A stretch of 63,454 nt of DNA, counting the filler, from Choristocarpus tenellus KU-1152 (lineage: Eukaryota > Protista > Phaeophyceae): assembly GCA_964200185.2 (NCBI GenBank). It is 11 parts of 11 records of this genome, joined end to end, with 100 filler letters (N's around TTAATTAATTAA, not from the genome) between each part and the next. Parts side by side here need not be neighbours in the genome. Positions count along the whole stretch, not along the records: positions 1 to 11,608 come from CAXNAD020002225.1; positions 11,709 to 14,670 come from CAXNAD020023332.1; 9 more parts are not named here. One strand, given 5' to 3'. The notes below the pieces were generated by a model. That model did not search any database. It saw only the letters and a list, made by a program, of their open reading frames with translations, and was not told where the DNA came from. Positions 1-13,404 of the stretch are shown one piece after another. The first letter of the stretch is position 1, and every line of letters begins with the position of its first letter. The position numbers and the translations under genes were made by a program.

Positions 1-412
1 CCCTTGGCGCGGGCCACACGAGCCCCCGCGGTGGGTCCCCCCCCCCCCCCCCCCCCCCAAGATACTTTGGGCCTGAAACCCATCACTAAGACAAAAAAAA
101 AGCTCAAACACACACGCTACACAAACTCACCCCCACAACTGATTTGATTCCGAGGTATGAGCGGAAAGGGAGGGTATTAAAAAGGATGATTGGTCCTCCT
201 ATGCATGCACACAGCGTCACTTCAAAACAAAATACTTCAAAAAAAAAAAAAAACACTACTCTGTTTGCTATCACGTTAAATTTTACTCGTATCATTATTA
301 TTATTATTATTATTGTATTCTACTTTATTACCATTCTTATGACGCAATTGCTACGAGTGAAGCAGCTCACTGGCAATAAATAAGACAACAAATGGAAACT
401 TAATATATATAT

Positions 413-443
<31 letters not shown>

Positions 444-695
444 TTCCACTGAAAGAAAAAGTTCGAGCAGCCAAACTCACCAGTTCTCGATCAGGGTCAC
501 CCCAATCATATTCCACACCCCCTCGAACATGAAGAACTGACACCGAATCTTCCTCCTCTACACTGCTGCAGCCCTGCCCAACGTTGGAGAATCTGGCATC
601 CGAGGGGGTTCTTTGTGAACACTATGATAATATACAAGATAATATACATGATAATATACATGAACATACGTGTGTGTGTGTGTGTGTGTTGTGTG

Positions 696-729
<34 letters not shown>

Positions 730-822
730 GTGCATAGCTACATAAATATTTTTGGAATCAATTTCTGATTCACCGAAGTCTACGTAAATGCAGTTGTCAT
801 GGGGTTTGCGAATTTGACAAAA

Positions 823-854
<32 letters not shown>

Positions 855-984
855 TATTTTTTCCAATCCAAGAAGCAGGGACATTGTCATGAAACCTCAT
901 TGTACAACTCAATATAGGGTAGTACTGGCTCCGACAGGAATTCACTCCTTTGACCCCAACTACTCCAATTACATCAAGAGTACA

Positions 985-1290
985 TAATTACAACTACTAA
1001 TAATATTACTGTTTTACTATTACTATTATTATTTATTACTGTGATTTTTCCACCATTATTACTACTACTGTAGTTTATTGTTATAATACTATTACCATTT
1101 ACTACAATTATTTTTACTATTATATTTATTATATGTTACTGTAATTTTTCCACCACTATTACTACTACAACAATTTGTTGTTATAAAACCATTACCATTT
1201 ACTACAATTATTGTTTTACTATTATTATTACTTATTATTATAATACTATTACCATTTTTTACAATTATTGTTTTACTATTATTATTGAGC
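985..1290. repeat. AT-rich degenerate (TAC/TAT)n low-complexity repeat
   Basis: Recurring CCATTTACTACAATTATT and TTTTCCACCA motifs. Confidence 0.8.
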
Positions 1291-1483
1291 AAAAGGTAAT
1301 TACAGGGGCGTAACACTGTCATTCGATCAGCACCTCTCACCTCCTAAGATCGCAAGACTTTATAGCACACAGTCCACACCTGCTGAGTGCATCTTGTCTG
1401 TGTCGTGAAAATCGAATATTCCGTTCACAAAAGCGAGTTATCCTTATCAACGCCTTTTCTTCAAGTGCCTTCATCATCTAATA

Positions 1484-2009
1484 TTAAAATATTGGATTAT
1501 TATTATACTCAACAATACTACTATCAAAGCAATGTTATACTCATCATTACTATTAGTAAAGTATTGAATTATTGTTATACTCAACAAAACTACTATCAAA
1601 CCATTGTTATGCTCATCATCACTATTATTAAAGTATTGGATTATTATTATACTCAACAATACTACTATCAAAGCAATGTTATACTCATCATTACTATTAG
1701 TAAAGTATTGAATTATTGTTATACTCAACAAAACTACTATCAAACCATTGTTATGCTCGTCATCACTACTAATAAAGTATTGGATTATTATTATACTCAA
1801 CAATACTACTATCAACACATTGGTGTACTCCTCATTGCTATAATTAAAGTATTGGATTATTATTATACTCAACAATACTACTATCAAAGTATTGTTATGC
1901 TCATCATTACTACAATTAAAGTATTGGGTTATTATTATACTCAACAGTACTATTATCAAAGCATTGTATTGTTAGTATCATACTCATTATTTCTACTATC
2001 AAAGCATTG
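1484..2009. repeat. 72-bp minisatellite, about 7 units
   Basis: The ATTG of the AAAGTATTG motif recurs at 1491, 1563, 1635, 1707, 1779, 1851 and 1923. Confidence 0.95.
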
Positions 2010-2546
2010 AATCATAACAATATTCACTATTACTACTTCCTCTGATCGGAATTAAATGTAACATATCTTTTGCAGACCATACCAAGAAGCTAGGTTTTTT
2101 TTTACTTGTTCATATGCTATGGGTGTATTGTGCAGACACTAAAAGGTCGCCCACAAAATCTCAAGCAAATGGTGCAGCCTACACCTAGCAATCATTCCGC
2201 TCATGTGGAAAGGTCAGGAACATAAGTGAGCGATCACATAGAGTGGGGTGCATCCTCCTGTGTGCACACTACAAACAACCATCCACAAAAAGCGGTCTTG
2301 AAAAGAGGGGTTTCCAACACCTTGATGCTTAATCTTACCGTGCCGTGTAATGTAACGAGGTAGTGATAACAATTAAGGCCTGAATTGTACAATATATGAT
2401 GAAATGAGAAATTCATTTCACTGATCACTTCAGAATTGGGCATGATCACAGTCATAGTACTATCAATTCATCCTCAAAATTGCAAAAAAACTATAATGTT
2501 TTTTCACCTGTTCTGAGGGGATCCCTTGCACCACTGAAAAAAACAC

Positions 2547-4163
2547 TTATCCTCCATGCATATATTTTCAGGGATGGCATTAGTAGGAATGGTCCCCGCA
2601 GGCGTGTCAGCAGGCTCTGGCAACATCAATTTTACCACCTGAGCATGGAATGATACAATGAGCAAAATACTTGATAAAAAGGTCTGAAACGAAAAGTGCT
2701 TCAGAGATTGCTAACGAACTAAGTGTGCATGCGTGTGTGTGTGTGTGTCTGTGTGTGTCTGTGTGTCTGTGTGTGTGTGTGTTTGTGTGTGTCTGTGTGT
2801 GTGTGTCTGTGTGTCTGTGTGTGTGTGTGTGTGTGTGTCTGTGTGTGTTTGTGCGTGTCTGTGTGTGTGTGTGTGTGCCTGTGTGTGTGTCTGTCTGTGT
2901 GTGTGTGTGTGTGTCTGTGTGTGTGTCTGTGTGTGTGTGTGTGTGTGTGCCTGTGTGCTGGTGTGGTTACATGCATGAGCGTGAATGCTACCGTATGCAT
3001 TAGCACATAGTTAAGAGGAGGAGGACAGTAGAAGATCAAGACAGTTCAGTCAAATACTTGAAGTGTAGTGATACGTTGTTGAAATCAACAGCAATATGGA
3101 TATCGGTTCTCAAATAAAGTATACACATTGGGATCTGAGCTAAGTGGGGACTAAACAATACCTCTGTGTACCACTTTCCCTCCCATTCAGAAGAACTAAG
3201 GAAATCACTGTGATGATACACAAACGAACGACTAGGTCATGACTATCTGGCAATACAAGATCGAGATGAGTGGAAAAACTTCTGCGGGCGAAAGACGGAC
3301 ATATCGGAGCCGCAAAAGCTATCCTATCGTCTCCAAGGTACTGTGTCAGTGAGATGCCTTCCAAGGACACTCACCTGGGTAATGGGCATAGAGTCTGAGC
3401 ATCTCTTAGCCAGGGAATTGGCGCCCACGACAACCACTAGTGAGTAAAATAACGCCAGTGTTCGGCAGCCTTGTTCGCAAGAGGTGGCGACATCGTTTGA
3501 TAGAGGATAGAGCAGCACACAGGAGGAGCACGGGTTACACTGTAGGTCCCTACAACTTAAGGGTGACACAATAAAGTTTGCAGACAGTCCCTGCGCAAGG
3601 AACATGTAGTGGCATGTCATGTGAGCGATCATTGGGACATATACCTGAATTCTGGTCAGCGGAATGAAGAAGGCAGCCATATTCGCTATTGAGTAATACT
3701 CAGTGGGAAATTCAAGAGTCATGCGGGAGACGTTCACCTGATCGATTTGCGGTGAGCACACTTGACGATCAATTTCAATTGTTCACCGATTCATCAATAC
3801 TAAGATCTTGCCATTAGGACCCCGGCATACCGGGTTAGATTGCTAGTGCCGCCCAACCTCATGTTCAACCTGGGTCGACTTGTGACGGTAGAGGGGCGTA
3901 TTGCTTGTGATAGCACGTCCGGTTTTAGACCTCTAGTGGGTAAAAATTGCATTCTTCTTCAATGAGGGTTCCAATACCGCGAAAGACGTTCGGTTGCACC
4001 CTTTTGTCCATTGGGACGGGTGTGTGCAATCCTTGAACAGTGCACGAGTTGAGGATATCAATGACTAGATATCTGAACCTTGCCTCCAAAGAGACTAACC
4101 TTTCCATCCTCCAGTCGAAGGTACCCAATGATATTTTTGACCAAACGGTGGTTGAGATCTCAT
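2547..4163 (-). CDS. Putative small multi-exon gene of unknown function, head-to-head with the transglutaminase-like gene
   Basis: Phase-compatible GT-AG exons assemble to [136 protein letters not shown]. No domain recognised, and one donor is weak. Confidence 0.33.
2730..2957. repeat. Compound (TG)n/(TGTC) microsatellite; other (TG)n tracts at about 669-733, 7876-7896 and 49544-49592
   Basis: Directly visible. Confidence 0.97.
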
Positions 4164-4460
4164 GCTGGTCCTGCAACTCTCTTGCGCTGGGTTTCGCATC
4201 TTCGTTCACCACTATATTGTAGTAGACCCCTATCTGCGTATCAAGACCAAGACGAGATTTCGAATACTTCGGAGGCGGTTTGGCGATCTAACATAATATG
4301 TTCAGTCAATAGTTGTAGCGATGCTGACTTATCATTTGGTAGTTATCATGTTTCATCTCACAAACTTACGTTATTTCATGAGAAGAGGGCTCAATCCCAG
4401 AGATATTATTGCTTTGATCCGAGCTAGTTGTATCTGCTTTATAACCTCTTAGAATCAAAG

Positions 4461-7400
4461 ATGTCTTTTCGCCTGAGTGGCCCTTCCCCAATTGTCCGTC
4501 AACTGTCCCAACGACTCGTGTTAGATGCTGGAGCGCGGACAGTCTATGACAAAGCCGTGGTCATCTTTCAGTACGTCCGCGATAATATCAAATTCGGCTT
4601 CACCAGGCAAGTCTGGGTCAGTTGAAGTGAAGGTGCCCTAGCCTTGGACGTATAGGCCAGGTTATCCTCCTTGCTGAGTGCCCTTCAGTTTCACATTCCT
4701 TACCCACCCCCTACTTCAACCAATTCAAATAGTTTGGATGGCAGTGGATTACTCAGTCTTCCAATATCCACCACTATTGGCACGTCGGGTACTGTTACCC
4801 CCATAAAATCTACAAACAGGAAAGCCCTCGAACTATAAGCGACACGGTGGGCAATTGGTGATGTGACCTTGTTGGGTATGGCAGAAATGTGTCATTTGCC
4901 TGCGGTATGTTTGGGCTTTTTTTATGTTTGTATCTACTCCTTGGCCACTTGGTAAAGTAGAGAGTTGCTGATAACGTTATATTGAGCTGCGAACTGGTAA
5001 GGGTTTGACTGCCTAAACTATATGTAAGTTGGCAGGCATTTTAGTTAACTGGCACAAAAAGTAAATTGAGTTGCACACATGTCATAGTGAGTCGATTAGA
5101 TACATTTGGGCATTGTTCTTTTCATTGTTCTTTTCTCCTACACCCTACCTTTTTTTTAATACACACCTCTTGAAATACATGGCAATAAGTTTCGATTTCA
5201 AACTACACACGAATTCCCTTGTATCTCTGCCCTTTTGGCACCTGGGGATCGTAGCAAATGTATGAAGGGTTCAAAGCAGCAACGTACTTTCCGCCTGTCT
5301 TTCTGCACTATAAATGCTCATTTTGCACAAAGATCGAAGAGATGTTCAACACAACCTTTATACTTCCATTATTCATGGGTCTGAGACCCCTCATACCAAT
5401 GCCAACACAATACTGTACTAAATATCATACACTTTTGGCGAACAGTATGTTCTACCCTCTCAGTGCTTATGTTACTCATGGGGGAGATAGAGACAAAATG
5501 TCACGGCTAGAGAGAGGAGTGCACATGTAGACCAATCTACTCAAAGTGTGTGATAAGGAGCCAAATATTCTAACTGTTCATGCTGTTCACATCACTCCAG
5601 TACAAGATGTAACAGAGCTTCGTACTTGTTCCGAACTACGACTTTCCCTACTTCAAGTGCTATTGCCACAATAATGCCCCTCCAACAAAGCAAAGACACG
5701 AATTATGATGATATTTTGAGCATCATTTCGCCGTTACTACATTTTGTGGCAACCCATGTTGTCATGCTCATTATGATATCCAATGCTTTGTTGCATGGCA
5801 AGAACATCTTGCATTTGACACTGGACTATATCGAGTCTGACAAGACAAAGATGAGATTGCATTGAAGTTCCTTCTCAAGATATTGCATTGATCCCCTATG
5901 TGCTTGTTGCCTCTAGAATTATATCCAGTCCCTTTTCGTTATCCAACCCTCCTCTGACTACTATTTGATGTTCGGTCAGTGGTGAGAGCGGAAAATGGGT
6001 TGAGATGTAAAAGTGTTGCACCTGTATGTATGGTGATTGCTATGCCAGATTGACTGGCCTTGGCATCGGTGTTGAAGAAGATCAAGAGGGATGATGTAGT
6101 TGTGGAGAGTGTTATTTATTCTCATGTCTCCCTTCCTTAGGCAGGAGAGTCAACTGATGCAATCTTGACTCTTGCGGTGCCCATCTCCACAAACTTGAAC
6201 AAAGTCCTCCCTACCACAGCAAGTTCTGTGAGCAAGACTTGAATGTCAATCAGCTCCTTTTTTCGTTCTTTCATTGTTTGTGTTCCTGCCTCCTACCTCT
6301 ACCGTTTTGGAGTACAGAAGGAGTAGACCACAAATGGTTGCGCCCGTTACTTGGGATTGTGGAAACCCACACTACAGCCAAAAACAGGAAAGTGGTGGAT
6401 GGTGGAATGGTCAATGTACCACCTAAAGTTTCCAATGATTTGGGTGAGCCAACATCCAAGCACAGCAACATTGTCAGATAAAGCTAAGAATCTCGAGAGC
6501 ATAACATCCTGATGGTCAAATTGATCCTATTACACCCACAACACGCAAAACTGTATGCTAGCTTCGAAGCTGAACATTTCATATATCAATTGTGCGACTT
6601 GACCTCCGTAACATCCAACCTAGATATAGAGAGTACTATCTGACATAAGCCCAAGGTTATGAAGGACTGTAGTATACAGTACATTTTCCTTCTGCAAGGT
6701 GTAACCTTGAACCTATTAATTCACTCCTGTTACTTTGCTTGTATCAACGCAGTCATTTTGATGAGGCCTCACCAGAGCAGACTCTCACATCTGGTAGGGG
6801 ACACAGCAACCCAAAAGGTGCCCTATTCGCCTCCATGTCAAATGCTGTGGGTATCGAAGCCCATCAGCACTTCGTTCGTCTGCACCCTTCAGTGCTAGAT
6901 GGGGTGCTGCCCAACCCCCTCCCCCCGGCCTTGCTTCACTCTTTTGTCGAGGTGCGGTTGCCCCATTGCATCGACACAAGAGTTCTGCTGAAGGTGTTCG
7001 GAAAGACCATGGAAATGATGCTACCGCCGGTGTTGATTCCTTAATAGCTGATGGCACAAATGCCACAAAGGTTGGAAGAGATGGTGAAGAGGTGAGCACT
7101 GCTACGGCAGCTACATCACCACCTGGTTTTCCTTCCGCTACTGCTGAGGTGGAAGAGGAGGAGGTTGGTGACGGTTATATCTCAGTCCGTGTCGATGGGT
7201 ACGTTGCTGATAGGAGTCTGTTTGATGCAGCAAAGCAGCTTCTGAATCTTGAGGGCAAGTCCATCGGATATAGGATACGCTCAGATGGGACTGTGGAGTG
7301 GGATGGAAAGTCAGATTGCTTCTGTCAGATGGTAGACAGTGCTGTGGGAAAGCCATTGGAGAGAGAGGGAGGGGGAGGGCAAGTAACGGAGGACCTGGGG

Positions 7401-7667
7401 TGCTTTGATGATCCCGTCATGTCATTATATCGAACAGAGGCGAACTTTCAGCGCTTGCCGTTTCTAGTGGGACTTCTCTTTGGAGTACTTGCCCGGGGCA
7501 TTAATCGCAGGATTGATATCATACGGATGAGTGTAGAGTGGAATACTGATAGAGGAGAAAGGGGTTATTTGGAAGAGATGGTTAATCAACTGAAAGTATG
7601 TCTTGTGACACACCAGTACTTTTACCGAGTGTGTATGAATGGTCTACTGACTTGTACATCTCTGTGA
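4461..7667 (+). CDS. Transglutaminase-like (TGc/PF01841-type) protein, possibly frameshifted
   Basis: Exon 1 is 4461-4606 (…KAVVIFQYVRDNIKFGFT) with a GC donor. Exon 2 starts at 6753 (SHFDEASPEQTLTSGRGHSNPKGALFASMSNAVGIEA…HSFVEV). After a frame change near 6961 it reads …VRVDGYVADRSLF…WDGKSDCFCQ…DLGCFDDP. Motif order matches bacterial-type transglutaminase-like proteins. A possible further donor follows 7595. Confidence 0.75.
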
Positions 7668-10600
7668 TGTAGTAACCGTAAACGTTTCGAGTGTTCATAT
7701 GGACGTAAATGGATATGGAGTAGGCCGTGACATGATGTAAATTGACCGTTTTTCTTCTGCCGGTTTTATAATACCTTTTTTTGTCACATTGAGGGGAAAG
7801 GTGTGTCGAGAGCCTCCTTGACTCCCTCAGTCCCATTACAAATTGTTCCTCTCGCTCCGCCTTAAACACTATATATGTGTGTGTGTGTGTGTGTGTAAAG
7901 TGTTATTCATTTGAAGTAGCCAATGGTCTTCTGAGTTTGCTGCACTATAATTTTGTGCCTTTTATTGCCTTCTTCCCAACTACTTACAATGCTCATTGAC
8001 TTTATTATTGTTGTCACATTTTCTGGCACATCACCACTACGTAACTGAGATCACTTGTTTTCGCATAGCTACTTTGCACTATAGAATATACGTCTACTCT
8101 GGTTTTTGTTTTGAATTTCTCTACCCCCGACAAACTCAGCCTGCAACAGTAGCCTAGCCTCTGTAGCACATGGCAACCGAAGCTCTAGAAACCTTTGTGC
8201 CCTCTCGGTGTGGGTGGTGGGTGAACTACTCGTGCTCTAGATAATGTACTTGTGTTGCATCAGATCTGTGCTCAAGATTCAATACCTTGATATTTTTCTT
8301 ATAGCAAGTTTTTTGCTGTCCAGAAAAGCCTGCATAAATGTTTTTCCGGTGAAAAAACTTAGCAGAAATGGAGTCTCTTGATTTATAGCTATGGAGTCAA
8401 GTATTCAAGATCTCGTTGTACATCCTCAAGTTCAGAATATATGTATTCTGCACAGCGACATCAAAATCTCCTGCTTTATAGTGTTATTGATGGGCATCTA
8501 ACAAATTGCATGAGGTTGTCTCCATCTTCAATATAGGTCGATTTGGGATATCATTGCTTTGTAATAATTGTTGTGATAGATCTTTGCAATATATTCCTTT
8601 TCAGAAGTAGACGAGGGTATGTGGCATTGCAACTATAGATTCTTCATACACATTTTCTATTCCCCGCCACTAGACACTCTAGAGCAGCTCAAAATGTGCT
8701 TAGGTATTTCAATAACACCCCTCCAAAATGTTATTGAAACTCCTTTAGATTTCTATCTCCTGAAATAGTATCCTTGGTATGCTCCTAGTCCCGTGTCCTT
8801 TCCAGGTTTGGAAACAGAAAAATGTGCTTTCCTCTTTTTTTTAAACATGTGAATTATAAATGGTACACCGTACTATATCGATACTCTCATGAGGATCATT
8901 GAGTAAAGATCGATTTCAATTACTTTGAAGCATATATACAGGTTCGTGGGTGCCCAGGGAGGGCTCAGTTTGTGTGTACTTGTAATGCCCAACAAAGTGA
9001 GCACTACCATCTTATTGACCATTCCAGCACAAAGTTTCTAGAGCTAGAAAGCTCCAAGTATTAACACATATGTATGGGTCTGACAAGCTTATCGAAGTTT
9101 ACAAGAAATGCACCTGCCTCAATTGGACCACACTTACCTTTCTTTGCGTTTGCACTACCCCACCAATCGTAGAATGTTATGTGGGACCATGCATCCGTTT
9201 ATACCTTCAACTTGGAAAGTGCATGTCCGATGAAACGATTTGGACAAGTAACATAGTAAGCTCTAGATCAACTGAATGAGTAGCTCACCAAGAACATAAG
9301 ATTTTCTTGACAAAACCGAGGGAAAGATAGATGTAAGTATATATCCTGCCTCCTTCTGCCTCCAATTGTGTCTTGCATATCACACATTGGGTTCGTCCAG
9401 CATCCCACCACTTGTTGCTCCGTCTCCTCCCTCAAATCTTTCTATTGACCGACCTCTCTGTCACTCTGGCGATGAAGCCTTTCTACTGATCTATATATAT
9501 ACTGTAGTATGTAGCGTAGCAACAGATACGTGATAATGATAGTATGACGTCATCATGTTATAAATATATTTTAATACCTTGCTTTAGTCTGGAACTAGGA
9601 ACTACTACATCAGCCCTACCCAGGCGCGACCCTTGTTCAGAGGTGCTAGTGACTACACAATGCACCCCTTCTCATTGACCAATATCTAACTACTGCTGCT
9701 GCACCGTGACAAATTTCATTGCCGTCCTGTGCATGCCTCGCATTCTTCCCACTTGTTGGGTTCAGTTATCCTAATGTTCACAGCTCCTCCTACTCCCTTG
9801 AGCTTCAAGTACTTGTCTGAGCGCAGTGAAGCCATGAAACCATGATTTAGGCCTTCCGAACAGGTCGAAAATACAAATGTGCTCCTTTAAGATGTGCTTG
9901 TCACAAGGTCCATTGAAGTCAGATTCCATAAAAGAATATCTAGCCTTCAACAGATTCAAACTCAAGCACTTCAATAACTACCGAAGTAGTCATTGCAATA
10001 GTGAAGTGGGGTTGGGATTCATATATCGCATAGGGGCACATTTTTGGGATGTGATGGAATGCTGTTTGCATATCTAACTGTGCTTTCTCGAGGTGCGAGA
10101 TTATGGGGACCCCCAAACGAATTCACTATGGCTGAGTACCTATTATTTGATATTCACACTAGTCTGAGAGGTTCCTAATCCTTGGTCAAAGGGTGGTCGG
10201 AGGAAAGCAGGGTTTTCATTGGACAGGGCAAACATGTCAAGACTTCAACGAGGGTCTGGTTGAAATATGATTTAACAGTACCAGTCCAGGGCTGTCAAAG
10301 ATGTATCCAGCCGTGGTGAATATGCCTGAAGAGGACAGGTCCAGGACCGTCACAGTTCCAATCGCACTGCGCCATAAATTGGTTTCATCGAAATATGTCT
10401 TGATGTGGCTGGTTCAGGTCCGTCAATAACAGAGTCGAACCAGGCCAAGGTTGGTCTGCGACCCTTATAAGACATATAGTAGAAGTCACAGACCTTTGTC
10501 GGTCAACCCAGGAAATTTTTAACTGGACCTGGCCACAAGTCGGCCTCAGTGAAATGTGTCTTTAATGAGTTGGCCCGGAGCACCCAGAGACCGTGGGTGT

Positions 10601-11608
10601 ACCGAGTGGGGGGCTAGCCTGTGCCCCCAGTCTCTGATCAATAATTCTGGTAACTGCCTGTCCAAATGAAAAGTCCTTGGAGGAAAAGCAATAGAAATTA
10701 ATCCTTGAAGAAGTACTAACAGAAAAGAATAAATGAAGCAGCGAAAAAAGAACTAACCTCAAAATATATATTGATATAGTTGTGGGGGGTAATGAAGCCG
10801 AACCCATTTGCAATCCATTAACACCAATACTTGGGATAGGACACCATTAGCAATATCACGCATTGCGAGATCCTATGGGAAAGAGGGGAACTAAAATTCA
10901 GTCACACACCTAGTCCATTCAATCCGAAACACTAATCATAACATATTCCACGTAGGAAACGTGGGTATGGACAGGGATAGTGAATAATAAAAGAGAGAGA
11001 CCATGAGAAAAGCAGGATATATAGAATAGTGGCAAGTGTGCACATGTTCTCTGATCTGCTTGGGTTGTCTTACCTGCTGCATTTAACATCACGTATATCA
11101 ACTTTCACAGCCTCCGCGGAATGTCACTAGTCCATAAAGCTCTTTGTGCTATCTATCAACACGCATACCAACGCTACTGCCTTGTTTTCCTTGTACTCCA
11201 TCCATCAACCGTGATCCCAAACTTCTAAAAAAAAGAGAAGTCAATGATCTCAAGACAATATTGGCATCTCTCAAAAGAAATAATGGTGATTTGCTAAGGA
11301 TGGAAAGATGTAGCTAAAAGTGCAAAACGCCCAATACCTGGGTACGTCTCATTTACTTTAACTCAAAAGCTGTGAAAAAAATAAAAAAAACAGGAAGGTG
11401 GGTGTCTCTTAAGCATGGGGTGAGGACCAAAGCACTACAGAGTCAGAGTTAAGGGTTACGACTACGTTAGTGGTTGGGTTTGGGGTCTAGGATTAGGGTA
11501 AGAATTAGGGTTATTTCGGTTGAGTAAAGTAATGAGGGTATATTGTTAAAGTATCCCCAAAATCATCAAAGAGGATAAAGGTGATAAACCCGGCAAGATT
11601 GCTTGGTG

Positions 11609-11708
11609 NNNNNNNNNNNNNNNNNNNNNNNNNNNNNNNNNNNNNNNNNNNNTTAATTAATTAANNNNNNNNNNNNNNNNNNNNNNNNNNNNNNNNNNNN
11701 NNNNNNNN
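11609..11708. other. Artificial 100-bp contig linker (also 14671-14770, 24631-24730, 29441-29540, 34410-34509, 39346-39445, 50457-50556, 53369-53468, 56600-56699, 60369-60468)
   Basis: Identical N-run + TTAATTAATTAA (stops in all six frames) + N-run at ten sites. Confidence 0.98.
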
Positions 11709-11794
11709 CGGATTTAAAACGTCAGCAAGAAAAAGAGTTGTTTGCCCGAACCGGCCGCTCCCCCACAACCCCCCCCCCCCAGATACTTTGACCC
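11709..11794. mobile_element. End of a third related element (family C; second copy at 53469-53535)
   Basis: AAAAAGAGTTGTTTGMCCGA…C-run…AGATACTTTGA occurs at both sites. Confidence 0.7.
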
Positions 11795-12297
11795 TCTATT
11801 CGCCAATACTTCTATAAACGGATGAAGTTCTAAGTTTGACTTGAGAGAGTTGATTTCTCTATTGTGTGAAACTTCTCCACATAATTCAGCAGGCATCCTA
11901 TATACACATTCGAGAAAATAAAAAAAGGATCGAATTTTTCACGTATTTGTCAACATCCTTTAAAATAATAAAATGCAACTCCGGGTACCTCTCTTGTTTT
12001 ACTTTGACTCTCTCTCTCTCTCTCTTTCTCATCGCACCAAATATCTCCTCCGGTGTATCTTCACCGCTGCACAAAATGTCAGCAAAAAAGGTGGGAAAGG
12101 GTTTCCAAATATTAATTAGTGGATGTTTTACGAGGACAAAATGGCTTCAAGTGGAAGTAGTGGAAGTACCCTTAGTCCCCTTTCTCTGTCAAGGTCCCTC
12201 CCTGTGCTGTATCCAGTACTTCCAGAAATTCCATGACAAGATCTTGCGCAGCTCCTTGTACCTGATTTCATCCCTCTATCGTGCAGCATACAATCAA

Positions 12298-12922
12298 TCA
12301 ACTGAGAGTTGGCATTCTCATATTTCCCCAGCGGTCCCTCCTTGATGCCCCAAATGAAAACTTTGGCCCTGTGGCGTAGGTCTCATAGTATTTGTTCACA
12401 TCATAGATGGGCCCAGGAGATCTGGCCCCGACTGCCCCATTGCCAACCTTGAATCGATCCTGGACTTTGTTCCCAAAGTAGACAGCTCCTCCCTTCTGTG
12501 GCAACCTAATTCATACATCGATTCACACATTGATTTGTGCCAAATGTAAAAAAAAAGTCACTATAGCAGCACTCACAATATGACTGAGGGGGTAGCGGGG
12601 AGTATAGTAAATATGGTAAAACAATAACAATAGCATGTACACCAATGGAATAGACTGCACGTCATATTGATCCAATAGGAAGCATTTACTCTTAAATATC
12701 CCCTGCCCTGCCAATCTGGCATCAATCACCTCGGCCAATAAATGGTAGAGGTTGAGGAGTTGAGGTTATCAGCCAAAGGCTTTCGATTGTCGATATTGAA
12801 GCCAGGGAGGACACGGCCCTTATCAGATCCCATCCTGAAAACGCCGTCAACATTATAAAGAACCCCTGGAGAAGCTGTGTTGAGGACTATCCCTTCCCGC
12901 ACTGCTACACCAAAAGTGATAT
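12298..12922 (-). CDS. Last two exons of a STPG/SHIPPO (ODF3-like) repeat flagellar protein
   Basis: Exons 12730-12922 (ITFGVAVRE…ASPGVLYNV…GFNIDNRKPL) and 12298-12505 (…YFGNKVQDRF…SPGPIYDV…GPKFSFGASRR…*) are joined by a phase-2 GT-AG intron. SPGPxY and PxFSFG are the STPG repeat signature. Confidence 0.72.
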
Positions 12923-13221
12923 CTGATCATGAACAAAATGGCATGGCAAGGGGTTGGAGGACTTATTGAGGAACGCACAGGTATACTTCACCAGGACCAG
13001 TGGGGAATCACAAACATCTTCTGCAAATAATAGTGTTGTACTGACAACAGAGATCCAGAAAAAAAATGTTCACAGGTCGATATTTTACATCTATACACAT
13101 GTTTGTCTCAGACGGAGGAAGTGTGCTGTTGCAGACTACGATATATCTCTCACAAGTTGGCTTTTGACCTTAGAAAGATCCGAAAATGACACTCTCTGCA
13201 GAAGTGGAGTTGAAATAGTCT

Positions 13222-13404
13222 GACCCAAAGTATCTGGGGTGGGGGGGGAGGGGGGTCTACACCAGGGTGCCCATCTGTGTAAAAATCAGGAAAAGTGCAT
13301 TTACATTATCCATCCGGCATACGCAACCAAATCACCCAAAAATGGCGCTATGAAAAAATTGACCCCAAATGGACATCCGCCACCCCCCCCAGATAATTTG
13401 AGCC
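13222..13404 (+). mobile_element. MITE family A, full copy
   Basis: TIRs GACCCAAAGTATCTGGGG…CCCCAGATAATTTGAGCC; exact 3-bp TSD TCT. Confidence 0.9.

Noticed and set aside
2671-3039. Cys/Val-rich or His/Thr-rich ORFs
   Set aside because: They are translations of a (TG)n microsatellite.
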